Under the pieces are notes generated by a model. The model searched no databases. It was not told where the DNA came from and saw only the letters and a program-made list of their open reading frames with translations. DNA of 20,000 nucleotides from an uncultured virus (IMG/VR IMGVR_UViG_3300028396_000003) (lineage: Duplodnaviria; Heunggongvirae; Uroviricota; Caudoviricetes): the IMG/VR virus record IMGVR_UViG_3300028396_000003; one strand, written 5' to 3'. This document shows positions 8,963-17,304 of the stretch, piece by piece. A program made the position numbers and the translations under genes. How positions within the stretch are numbered: position 1 is the stretch's first letter; each line of letters begins with the position of its first letter.

Positions 8963-10456
8963 TTATATGTTCACCGTATAAATCTTTACATTAAACTGCT
9001 CGGACCCATATATTTCAATCCGTTTCCTAAAATGTTGTAAAGTATAATTCTGGTAGGCACCAACACTCAAATCATCAGCAATATCGTAAAGCGTAGCTTT
9101 ATCGGCATCGTTGCCCTTTCTTAGGGCACGGCCGATTGATTGGAGTACTTTCACTTCCGATTTAGATCCAGATGCGAATATAACATTATCAAGTTTCTTT
9201 AAATTAATTCCAGTTGAGAATGTACCAAACGACGCAAGGATATCATGTTGTTTAATAGGATCGTTCTCAATCATATGGCGAATTCTTTCACGTTCTGTGC
9301 CTTTTGTTGCACCATAAATGAAATGTAATTCTCTACCTTCTGTTCTTAACATTGGCTCTAATATTTTACCATGTTTTTCAACTAAGTCAAATAGAACCAA
9401 ATTGTTTTGATCTTTGAGTGACCACAATAGATTTCGTATGAATATATTTCGCTTCTCGTGGTTCGTTATGTATTCTCTTTCAGCAGGATACTTTTGACTT
9501 GTATTTTGTACTTTACTTATTGCCTTTTTAAACGCTTTTCTATTTTCAACGCTATGAGACAATACAATTGCTTTTATATTAAAGTCAGCAATAGTACCGT
9601 CATCCATAAGATCTTTAGTAGATACATGCTTACGAACAGAACCAAAGCAGCCTTCAAGGACCAGTCTATGCGTTTTGCTCTCTTCCGATTTTAACGTACC
9701 GGTAAATCCATGTCGATAATAACATTCGTCAAGCCCTCCCATAATTTTTTGTAATGATTTCGCTTGGAATAAATGTGCTTCATCTCCAAGTACTACTTTA
9801 AATTGACTAAACCAATCTTTCCTTAATTTAATAAGAGACTGCCAAGTCGATATAACAATAGGTGCATCTGTGTTTTTATCAATACCACCTTGGATTTTAT
9901 ATATGTGAGATGGATCACAACCATAATCAATAAAATCGCCAGCCATCTGATGTACTAATGATATCGTTGGAACAATAATCAAAGTACGATGTTCAAACGC
10001 TCTATAATAATGCTGCTGAATTAAATAAATGATAAGTGATTTACCAGATGATGTTGGTGATAAAGATAAAGAACGACTATCACGTATGGCATCAACGATA
10101 TATTGATTCTGATAATCACGAGGCTCAAACTTACAGTTTACTTCCTTAGCAATCTCATATCCATAATCGTCAGGAACTTTTTCGCCTTCCATCAAATGTG
10201 CAGGAGCATTTAACTCATATCCACGATCTTCACAAAACTTCCGCAGCTTACTAAATAACCCTACATAAAGTACAGGTTTGAGTGGTTGGAAAATACGAAT
10301 CCATCCGTCCCAAATTCTATTCTTATATGAAGGGTTAAACTGGAATCCGGCGGGTTGAAATTTGAAGTAAGCTTCTAATTCAAACTTAACGCTTGACTCT
10401 GTATTGATTTTCAAATACACTGCGTTGATTTGCTCAACGTTAATCACATCAGACAT
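8963..10456 (-). CDS. uvsW: UvsW RNA-DNA/DNA helicase (SF2)
   Basis: WDGWIRIF, PRDYQ, SPTSSGKS, DEAH, TGT, FSTGIN and LQSIGRALR. Confidence 0.96.
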   Translation of the reverse strand: MSDVINVEQINAVYLKINTESSVKFELEAYFKFQPAGFQFNPSYKNRIWDGWIRIFQPLKPVLYVGLFSKLRKFCEDRGYELNAPAHLMEGEKVPDDYGYEIAKEVNCKFEPRDYQNQYIVDAIRDSRSLSLSPTSSGKSLIIYLIQQHYYRAFEHRTLIIVPTISLVHQMAGDFIDYGCDPSHIYKIQGGIDKNTDAPIVISTWQSLIKLRKDWFSQFKVVLGDEAHLFQAKSLQKIMGGLDECYYRHGFTGTLKSEESKTHRLVLEGCFGSVRKHVSTKDLMDDGTIADFNIKAIVLSHSVENRKAFKKAISKVQNTSQKYPAEREYITNHEKRNIFIRNLLWSLKDQNNLVLFDLVEKHGKILEPMLRTEGRELHFIYGATKGTERERIRHMIENDPIKQHDILASFGTFSTGINLKKLDNVIFASGSKSEVKVLQSIGRALRKGNDADKATLYDIADDLSVGAYQNYTLQHFRKRIEIYGSEQFNVKIYTVNI

Positions 10457-10492
10457 AATATAACCTTACACTTTAATCAGTTTTCTTAATAC

Positions 10493-10500
10493 TATTTATA
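10493..10500 (-). promoter_or_regulatory. T4-type late promoter TATAAATA for uvsW
   Basis: Exact T4 late consensus ~37 nt upstream of the uvsW start. Confidence 0.8.
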
Positions 10501-10584
10501 TAGTCTATCCGGTCCTCGATTTCTTTACGTTTGTCGAGTAGAATAACTGGTTTATAAACTGGTGTGATAGGCTTAATAAGAATC

Positions 10585-11022
10585 TTAGTAATCTCCGGCT
10601 TGGAACTTCATCACTGCTATAATATTATTAATAATGAAGTTACGACTATGAATTGTTTTAACAATATCTTCAAGGTAATTTGCCCTGCAGCTATGATAAT
10701 CAATTTTTAAACTTAATTTGATAATATCAGGATCAGCTTGGATATACTTATCCATATCTTGACGTATGACTTTTTTCTGAAAAGGTTTCCATCCAAACTC
10801 ACGTAAATCTTCTTCAGCCATAGATCCGTCAATCCATTCTCGTTTGTTCATTTCAAGTATTTTATAATCATACCTAAGCTTCTTAACTTTAAGCGCTTCT
10901 TTATAGTACATGTTATAGTATTTAGAATGGAGCTGCGGAATCTTTTTTGCTTCTTGTGCCAATTGAGTTTCATCAATTTTGGCATCACCAGCCCAGATTT
11001 CACTAATGTCTTCAGTACTCAT
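10585..11022 (-). CDS. uvsY: UvsY recombination mediator
   Basis: W..D.KID...IPQLHSKY, YIQADPDI and TIHSRNFIINNII; gp3-uvsY-uvsW synteny. Confidence 0.93.
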   Translation of the reverse strand: MSTEDISEIWAGDAKIDETQLAQEAKKIPQLHSKYYNMYYKEALKVKKLRYDYKILEMNKREWIDGSMAEEDLREFGWKPFQKKVIRQDMDKYIQADPDIIKLSLKIDYHSCRANYLEDIVKTIHSRNFIINNIIAVMKFQAGDY

Positions 11023-11051
11023 GTTAACCTCTCATAATGTATATAGTTATA

Positions 11052-11080
11052 ATTCTATCACAGTTTTGTTAGAATGTCAA
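11052..11080 (-). promoter_or_regulatory. Sigma70 promoter for uvsY, TTGACA-17-TAGAAT
   Basis: TTGACAttctaacaaaactgtgaTAGAAT. Confidence 0.8.
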
Positions 11081-11565
11081 CCAATTTTTGTATGAGTAAA
11101 CCTGTCGTATCTGAATACCATCGACGCTTCTGGGTATACGATATCCTGTTGTGTTACGTCTAAAGTAATCTGACTTAACGATACTGGAAAGCAGTTTAAA
11201 AACGTAAATGATATGTTAGGATTTTTGTGGCTATTTAATATAGTGATAGAAATATCAGAAACAATTCCATCGTCTGTTTTACCTAATTTAGCAAACTGAG
11301 CAAGTTCTACTGGAGACGTAATAGATTCTATCCAATCTAAACATTCAAAATAATTTGCCATGTTTTCGTCTACGATAAAGCTTAGATCTAATTCTTGGTA
11401 CAATAACTTATCAGGAGTATTATATAAAGTACTTAGAGGGTTTGGCGTTTCCGCTGCACCAGCACTTACACCCGGAACTTGCATCCTTTGAGTAAAGAAT
11501 TCTACGTTAGGTAATCGTTTGACATTGACTGTAAAACCAATAGGAGATAAAAAATTAGTGTTCAT
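11077..11565 (-). CDS. 3: Tail completion / sheath stabilizer (tail tube terminator, gp3-like)
   Basis: NFLSPIGF...LPNVEFFTQ...PG, FIVDENMANY and FPVSLS; position before uvsY. Confidence 0.88.
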   Translation of the reverse strand: MNTNFLSPIGFTVNVKRLPNVEFFTQRMQVPGVSAGAAETPNPLSTLYNTPDKLLYQELDLSFIVDENMANYFECLDWIESITSPVELAQFAKLGKTDDGIVSDISITILNSHKNPNISFTFLNCFPVSLSQITLDVTQQDIVYPEASMVFRYDRFTHTKIG

Positions 11566-11580
11566 TGGATCATTTTCCTG

Positions 11581-11609
11581 TTTACATTTGTTTAGAACTG
11601 TGGTAGTAT
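11581..11609 (+). promoter_or_regulatory. Sigma70 promoter for the topoisomerase operon, TTTACA-17-TAGTAT
   Basis: TTTACAtttgtttagaactgtggTAGTAT, same TGTG-extended class as the other replication promoters. Confidence 0.7.
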
Positions 11610-11614
11610 TTATC
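11607..11614 (-). promoter_or_regulatory. Late promoter GATAAATA for gp3
   Basis: 7/8 match to TATAAATA upstream of a structural gene. Confidence 0.6.
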
Positions 11615-11674
11615 TAAATAGGGTTTACTGATTCTAAATAAATAGTATTCCCAGCAATAACAAAGGAAGATTGC

Positions 11675-11722
11675 ATGGATGATCCTTGCGATGATAGCAC
11701 ACACTGGATAGGTTATATATAA
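11675..11722 (+). CDS. Candidate 15-aa peptide MDDPCDDSTHWIGYI
   Basis: SD-like AAGGAAG before the ATG; AATAAATA at 11637-11644. Confidence 0.35.
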   Translation: MDDPCDDSTHWIGYI

Positions 11723-11747
11723 TATAGCGAAATAATGGAGCTTTTGA

Positions 11748-13571
11748 ATGAGTAATGACTTTAGAATTTTAACAGCACGTCAACACGTTAGAGAACGTAT
11801 TGGTATGTACCTTGGTTCAAGTTCTCAAGAATCGGTTGAACGTTTTGTGAAAGGCGAATGGAAAACATCAAAGTATGTACCTGCGCTTTCTAAAATGATT
11901 GACGAAATACTTGATAACTCGATTGACGAGGCAATTCGTACTAACTTTAAACATGCGAATAAAATTGATGTATCTATTAATATGGATATGGTAACCGTTA
12001 CTGATAACGGTCGTGGTATTCCACAAGATGAGATATACGACGAAACCAGTAAGGAACAAATCCTTCGACCAGTGGCTGCTTGGACTCGAGTAAATGCCGG
12101 TACATCGTTTGATGATGAACGTGTAACAATCGGTACTAACGGTGTCGGTTCAGCTGCTACCAACTTTCTTTCATCAAAGTTTACTGGTAAAACGTGGTCA
12201 AAAGGTAATCAGATTATGGTTACTTGTAAAAATGGCGGCGAAGATGTTAAAGTTACTACACGAGATAAGAATGGTTCTGGTACTGAAGTATCGTTCGTTG
12301 CAGACTTCGATTGTTTTGAAACTGATTGTCTTGCCAACTTGGATACTATTGAATTACTCGAAGATCGTTTAATGAGTCTACAAATGGCTTTTCCTGAAAT
12401 CAAGTTCTCTTTCAATAAGAAAAAGATTTCAGTATCCGATATGAAAAAGTATTCAGCATTGTTTAATCCAAATGTTGTAATTGAAAAGTCTGAAAACGTT
12501 TCATTCTTCTTTACTACATCAGAGGATGGTTTCCGAACTAACTCTTTTATTAATGGTGTGAATACTCGAATGGGTGGTACATATGTTGATTTCGTAGTGA
12601 ATGGTATTGTTGACGAATTGGTAACAATGGTCAAACGTAAATATAAAGTTGAAGTCGCAAAGAATACTATTAAAGGTGGATTAACCTTTGTACTATTCGC
12701 TCGTAATTTCGTTAATCCAAAGTTTGACTCACAAACTAAAGAACGTCTAACAAATCCAATGACTAACGTTCGTGAGCACTTTCAAGGTGCTGATTGTAAA
12801 GACTTCCAATTCTATGCTCGTAAGATTATTAATAATCCAGATATTATTGATCCAATCATTGAGGCTCAGTTGGCTAAAAAGATAGCAGCCGACAAACGAG
12901 CAGCCACGATGGCTCAGAAAAAACTTCAACGAGTTAAGGTTGCTAAACATATCTCAGCAAATCGAAACGATGCTACATTAAAAATCGTTGAAGGTGACTC
13001 AGCGATGGGCTTCTTGTTAAAAGTAAGAGATGCCGATAAAGTTGGTGCTTACCCTCTCCGAGGTGTGATTATGAATACGTGGGATATGAAACCTGCTGAT
13101 GTACTTAAAAACAAAGAGTTGTCAGAATTGGTTAATGTTCTTGGATTAAATATCAATGATCCAAATAGTGTTGATGATATGACATATGAGAATATTGCTA
13201 CACTAACTGATGCTGACCACGATGGTATTGGTCATATTAGTCCGCTGCTTATTGCTTTCTTCTATAAGTTTTGGCCACGTTTGTTAACTGAAAAACATGT
13301 AAAGATTACTCGTACACCAATTATGATTTCATCTAAAGGTGATAAAGTCGAGTGGTTTTATAACTATGAAACAGCATCTAAGTTTAAGACTGACAATCAA
13401 GCAGGTTGGAAACATCGTTACATTAAAGGTCTCGGATCACTTACCGAAGAAGAATATGACGTGATTATTAATAAACCACAATATGATACTGTAACAGTTG
13501 ATGATGCTTCCATATTCCAAATGATGTTTGGGAAAGATAGTTCTTTACGCAAAGAATATATGTTTGCATAA
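11748..13571 (+). CDS. 39: DNA topoisomerase II large subunit (fused gp39+gp60)
   Basis: GHKL motifs EILDNSIDE, DNGRGIP and GTNGVG; TOPRIM EGDSA, PLRG and TDADHDG; KGLGS. Confidence 0.96.
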   Translation: MSNDFRILTARQHVRERIGMYLGSSSQESVERFVKGEWKTSKYVPALSKMIDEILDNSIDEAIRTNFKHANKIDVSINMDMVTVTDNGRGIPQDEIYDETSKEQILRPVAAWTRVNAGTSFDDERVTIGTNGVGSAATNFLSSKFTGKTWSKGNQIMVTCKNGGEDVKVTTRDKNGSGTEVSFVADFDCFETDCLANLDTIELLEDRLMSLQMAFPEIKFSFNKKKISVSDMKKYSALFNPNVVIEKSENVSFFFTTSEDGFRTNSFINGVNTRMGGTYVDFVVNGIVDELVTMVKRKYKVEVAKNTIKGGLTFVLFARNFVNPKFDSQTKERLTNPMTNVREHFQGADCKDFQFYARKIINNPDIIDPIIEAQLAKKIAADKRAATMAQKKLQRVKVAKHISANRNDATLKIVEGDSAMGFLLKVRDADKVGAYPLRGVIMNTWDMKPADVLKNKELSELVNVLGLNINDPNSVDDMTYENIATLTDADHDGIGHISPLLIAFFYKFWPRLLTEKHVKITRTPIMISSKGDKVEWFYNYETASKFKTDNQAGWKHRYIKGLGSLTEEEYDVIINKPQYDTVTVDDASIFQMMFGKDSSLRKEYMFA

Positions 13572-13577
13572 TGTTTA

Positions 13578-13606
13578 TTGACATTACGTTAAAAGTGTGA
13601 TAGAAT
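13578..13606 (+). promoter_or_regulatory. Sigma70 promoter for gp52, TTGACA-17-TAGAAT
   Basis: TTGACAttacgttaaaagtgtgaTAGAAT, followed by TAGAATCA. Confidence 0.8.
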
Positions 13607-13634
13607 ACTATAGAATCAAAAAGGACAATACTTT

Positions 13635-14984
13635 ATGAGTATATTAGAATTTACTAAGGATGACGTTAATACTAATGATTATCCAATCAGCCACGTAGCT
13701 AAAAACGAATGGCTTTCATTTGCCATGTACACGGTTGAATCACGTGCCATTCCAAATATGATTGATGGTTTAAAACCAGTTCAACGTTTTTATCTTTATA
13801 GTTCTCTATTGAATTCCAAAAGAGATTTTAAAAAGGTATCAGCAGTTGCTGGTATCATTTCAGATTATGGATATAACCACGGTGAAGCATCGGCTGCAGG
13901 TGCCGGTCAACTTATGGCAGCTACATGGAACAACAATGTTTGTTTGGTTGAAGGTAGAGGTTCTTTTGGTACTCGATTAGTACAGGAACCCGGAGCTGCA
14001 CGTTATGTTTATACTCGAGTTCATAATAACTTTGAAAAATACGTTAAAGATATGGATCTATCACCAGTACACGATGATCCTGAGCATGAGCCTCCTTCAT
14101 ACTATCTACCAGTAATCCCTCTAGTATTGGCTAACGGAACTAAGGGTATTGCTACTGGATTTGCTACCAACATCCTTCCACGGTCCCCTAATGATCTCTC
14201 TCGTGCAGTTCGTGAATATTTGCTGAACGGTAATATAGCGAACAGGCTTCCAGTGTCATTCCCTGAATTTGGTGGTTCTGTCACGTATGATATTGAAAAC
14301 AAACGCTTTATTGTGAATGGCACCTTTGTACGTAACAGTAAGACAGTACTAACCATTACTGAAGTACCATATGGGTATGATCGTGAGTCATACGTTAAAG
14401 TATTGAATAGATTGGAAGATGACAACGATATCGTCTCTTATGAGGACAAATGCGATAAGCAAGGTTTTAAGTTTGAAATCAAGTTAAAACTGGCTTCAGC
14501 AAATGCTTGGACAGATGAACGTATTATTCGTAAGTTTAAACTGACTAAACCGTTATCTGAAAACCTTACGGTAATTGATGAGAATGGTAGACTACGTGAG
14601 TACGAAGATGAACGTGATTTAATTAAAGACTTTTGTGAATTCCGTATTGGTGTATTACAAAAGAGAATTGAATTGCGATTGGTTGAAGCTGCCGAGGAAA
14701 TTCGTTGGTTAAAAATTAAAATGCAGTTTATTCAAGCTGTTCTTGATGATAAGATTAAGTTTAAAAACCAAAAGAAAAAAGCTGTTGGCGTACAAATCCT
14801 AGCTAACACTGAAGCAACTGATGCCGATGTAGACCGGCTGCTTCGTATTAACATTATGAGTTTGACTGACGAGATGGTCAAAGAACTTGCTAAAGAAATC
14901 GCAAAGGCTGAAAAGGATGTTCGTTACTGGACAAATACAACGCCAAAGAAACAGTTTATTTTAGATTTAGAAGGAATTGAGTAA
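13635..14984 (+). CDS. 52: DNA topoisomerase II medium subunit (gp52)
   Basis: RAIPNMIDGLKPVQR, YNHGEAS, catalytic AARY and GIATGFAT. Confidence 0.96.
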   Translation: MSILEFTKDDVNTNDYPISHVAKNEWLSFAMYTVESRAIPNMIDGLKPVQRFYLYSSLLNSKRDFKKVSAVAGIISDYGYNHGEASAAGAGQLMAATWNNNVCLVEGRGSFGTRLVQEPGAARYVYTRVHNNFEKYVKDMDLSPVHDDPEHEPPSYYLPVIPLVLANGTKGIATGFATNILPRSPNDLSRAVREYLLNGNIANRLPVSFPEFGGSVTYDIENKRFIVNGTFVRNSKTVLTITEVPYGYDRESYVKVLNRLEDDNDIVSYEDKCDKQGFKFEIKLKLASANAWTDERIIRKFKLTKPLSENLTVIDENGRLREYEDERDLIKDFCEFRIGVLQKRIELRLVEAAEEIRWLKIKMQFIQAVLDDKIKFKNQKKKAVGVQILANTEATDADVDRLLRINIMSLTDEMVKELAKEIAKAEKDVRYWTNTTPKKQFILDLEGIE

Positions 14985-15168
14985 TATGTTTAATATGTTT
15001 AAAAAACCACTTGCCGAAGAACCCATGGAAATGGATATGGACTTTGTAACTGGTTTAACACAAAACCCAGTTCAACCTGAGTTAACATTAGAAGAATCAT
15101 TTGACCTTGTCTTAGACAGATTAGATTCTATTGAGTCAAAACTTGACATACTGATTGAAAAGAACTAA
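14977..15168 (+). CDS. Hypothetical acidic protein (start may be the ATG at 14986)
   Basis: ORF track; stop coupled to the next gene. Confidence 0.65.
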   Translation: MSNMFNMFKKPLAEEPMEMDMDFVTGLTQNPVQPELTLEESFDLVLDRLDSIESKLDILIEKN

Positions 15169-15587
15169 TGTATTACTCAACCTACGGTAAACCAAAAAAA
15201 GTATCAAATCCTTTAATGGATAAGATGGTAGTATTTGCAGCCGACTTTTTAGAGATTGATGAAACAATTGAGATTGACTTTGAGGACGACTTTGACGAAG
15301 AGTGTGGTTACTGTAATTACAATGAGGAAGGTATTACCATAGGTATTAAACCAACATTAAGTAGAACTGAAATATGTAAAACTCTATTCCACGAAATGGT
15401 ACATGCCAAACAATATATTAAAGGCGAACTTATTTCTGGCGTAGGAAAGAAACCGTCGCGTTGGTTTGGTAAACCAATTAAAGGAGATAACTATTGGGAT
15501 TTACCGTGGGAACGTGAAGCATATGAAACTGAAGCTGCCATGTGGGCAATTTTTTCAACTGAAATACTAAAGAAAAGACTTAGATGA
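15168..15587 (+). CDS. HExxH zincin-like putative metallopeptidase
   Basis: LFHEMVHAKQY...YWDLPWEREAY. Confidence 0.75.
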   Translation: MYYSTYGKPKKVSNPLMDKMVVFAADFLEIDETIEIDFEDDFDEECGYCNYNEEGITIGIKPTLSRTEICKTLFHEMVHAKQYIKGELISGVGKKPSRWFGKPIKGDNYWDLPWEREAYETEAAMWAIFSTEILKKRLR

Positions 15588-15967
15588 TTATTGACGTATA
15601 CATTTCTGAAGACTCTGCTCTAAATGATCTTGCAGCTCGGTTCGTTAAATGGATATGCAAAGAGTATGGAATATTACCAAGAAAAGTTTCTGTTGAGGCA
15701 CATGATTTAGTTGGAAACAATGGTATGTGCTTTGACGAGCCTGATGGTAAGTTTACTATATTAGTAAAAGACAATAGAGATCTTGGTCATATGTTTACAA
15801 CGATTGCTCACGAAATGATCCATGTCAAACAATATATGACTCAAAACCTTGGACGTTTACTAGACGAAAACGTTGATATGCCATATGCAGATCGTTGGTG
15901 GGAAGAAGAAGCTTTTTCAAATGCAATTCCGTTAGTGACAAGATTTACTAATTTAATTGCACTTTAA
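15584..15967 (+). CDS. HExxH zincin-like putative metallopeptidase (paralog)
   Basis: IAHEMIHVKQY...YADRWWEEEAF. Confidence 0.75.
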   Translation: MIIDVYISEDSALNDLAARFVKWICKEYGILPRKVSVEAHDLVGNNGMCFDEPDGKFTILVKDNRDLGHMFTTIAHEMIHVKQYMTQNLGRLLDENVDMPYADRWWEEEAFSNAIPLVTRFTNLIAL

Positions 15968-15970
15968 CTA

Positions 15971-15999
15971 TTGACATTTGATATAGAATCAGTTATATT
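15971..15999 (+). promoter_or_regulatory. Sigma70 early promoter, AGAATCAG class
   Basis: TTGACAtttgatatagaatcagtTATATT. Confidence 0.85.
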
Positions 16000-16025
16000 A
16001 GAATCAACAAATAAAGGAATTACAC

Positions 16026-16190
16026 ATGTTTTTTGCAACGATAATTATAGGGTCAACTCTTGGAATGTTAATTGGAGCACAATTCATTAGTGATACTAAA
16101 ACTCCTGAAGGAGAACTTGGTATGCTTGCTTGGGCCCTAGTTGGTGTTATCGCAGGTTGTTTAGGTGCAGCTTTTTTAGGATTTGTGTAA
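16026..16190 (+). CDS. Small two-TM glycine-rich membrane protein (54 aa)
   Basis: Hand-translated MFFATIIIGSTLGMLIGAQFISDTKTPEGELGMLAWALVGVIAGCLGAAFLGFV; SD AAGGA; own promoter. Confidence 0.75.
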   Translation: MFFATIIIGSTLGMLIGAQFISDTKTPEGELGMLAWALVGVIAGCLGAAFLGFV

Positions 16191-16198
16191 ATTAACTG

Positions 16199-16227
16199 TT
16201 GACATTCTTTATAGAATCAGTTATATT
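16199..16227 (+). promoter_or_regulatory. Sigma70 early promoter, AGAATCAG class
   Basis: TTGACAttctttatagaatcagtTATATT. Confidence 0.85.
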
Positions 16228-16258
16228 AATTAAATAAACAAACAGAAAGAGAATCAAT

Positions 16259-16489
16259 ATGGCTTCAATTAATCTAACATTCTTCGAGCAAACTGCAAGA
16301 CAAAGACGTATCGCTGCATTTGGTCGTAAGATGATGAGTTTTTCGGAAGATGGATTGAATATGAATGTACCTTTAGAAATTCTAAATGCTTTCTCACGTA
16401 TCGGTGAGGAAATGGCTGAAACAGGCTCAATGAAAAATCTACTACCTGTAGATATTCAAGTTATTAAGTATGCACGGAAGGTTTTATAA
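16259..16489 (+). CDS. Hypothetical early protein (76 aa)
   Basis: ORF track; directly after a promoter. Confidence 0.75.
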   Translation: MASINLTFFEQTARQRRIAAFGRKMMSFSEDGLNMNVPLEILNAFSRIGEEMAETGSMKNLLPVDIQVIKYARKVL

Positions 16490-16725
16490 TGAATATTGAT
16501 TACTCACCATCTTTTGAAGATATGCTAATCTCTGATATTAGAGACTGGGGTATAGATAACATTGAGGATAGCTTCTCTATGTCGTTAACTGATTTAACAG
16601 ATAAATATTGGGATAACAAAACTTCCGTTTGGGAAGGTAATGAACTTGACCTTATTTTAGAAGCTGAAGGGTCAGAACCAATCGTTGATTTAGAAACTAC
16701 ATATGGAGAACAACCTTATGAATAA
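16489..16725 (+). CDS. Hypothetical highly acidic protein (78 aa)
   Basis: ORF track; TAATG coupling; D/E-rich. Confidence 0.75.
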   Translation: MNIDYSPSFEDMLISDIRDWGIDNIEDSFSMSLTDLTDKYWDNKTSVWEGNELDLILEAEGSEPIVDLETTYGEQPYE

Positions 16726-17209
16726 TAGTTTAAAGAATACTAGTGCGGCAATTGCTTCACTAGTTCTAGTGACCGCACTGGCGGCGCCTACCATATCTAT
16801 GGCTGAACAACCAAGCAAAGTGCGAGTTGTTGATTACAATAAGACCATAGTAACATCAGTACCAAGTACACAAGAGGTCTGTGAAAACGTTAAAGTACCT
16901 ATCTACTCATCTGTGACTACACAAGGTGATGCAGGTGGTGGCGCCTTACTCGGTATGATCCTCGGAGGTATCCTTGGCAAAGGGGTAACCGGAGATGATG
17001 GAGGGGCAGCCGCCGGTGCGGTCTTAGGAGGAGTTATTGGCGCGAATGAAGGTCAAACTCGAACAGAGCAACGCATTGTTGGATATGAAACCGAACGTCA
17101 ATGTGGAACGCGCACTACATATGTTAACAAAGAACGCGAAGTATATAGTCATTCTATTATTCACTTCCGATCTGGTGGACAAGAATACGCTCTAAGGTTT
17201 CAACGTTAA
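16718..17209 (+). CDS. Glycine-zipper 2TM domain exported protein (YcfJ-like)
   Basis: Signal peptide; GGALLGMILGGILG...GAAAGAVLGGVIG flanked by a Cys pair; SD GGAG supports the 16718 start. Confidence 0.8.
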   Translation: MNNSLKNTSAAIASLVLVTALAAPTISMAEQPSKVRVVDYNKTIVTSVPSTQEVCENVKVPIYSSVTTQGDAGGGALLGMILGGILGKGVTGDDGGAAAGAVLGGVIGANEGQTRTEQRIVGYETERQCGTRTTYVNKEREVYSHSIIHFRSGGQEYALRFQR

Positions 17210-17304
17210 TGGAAATATTAATCTATAACATTATCTTTTGGACAATATATATTACAGTAGGATCAATTCCTTACATGATAATACAAAAGGAAATAGACAA
17301 ATAA
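17209..17304 (+). CDS. Small single-TM protein (31 aa, MEILIYNIIFWTIYITVGSIPYMIIQKEIDK)
   Basis: Hand-translated; TAATG coupling. Confidence 0.6.
   Translation: MEILIYNIIFWTIYITVGSIPYMIIQKEIDK

Noticed and set aside
13200..13240. T4 gene 60-type translational bypass or split gp39/gp60
   Set aside because: TDADHDGIGHISPLL is contiguous in one 607-aa ORF, with no coding gap
2461..14984. Inteins, introns or homing endonucleases in gp43, gp46, uvsW or the topoisomerase
   Set aside because: Protein lengths are normal and the motifs are uninterrupted
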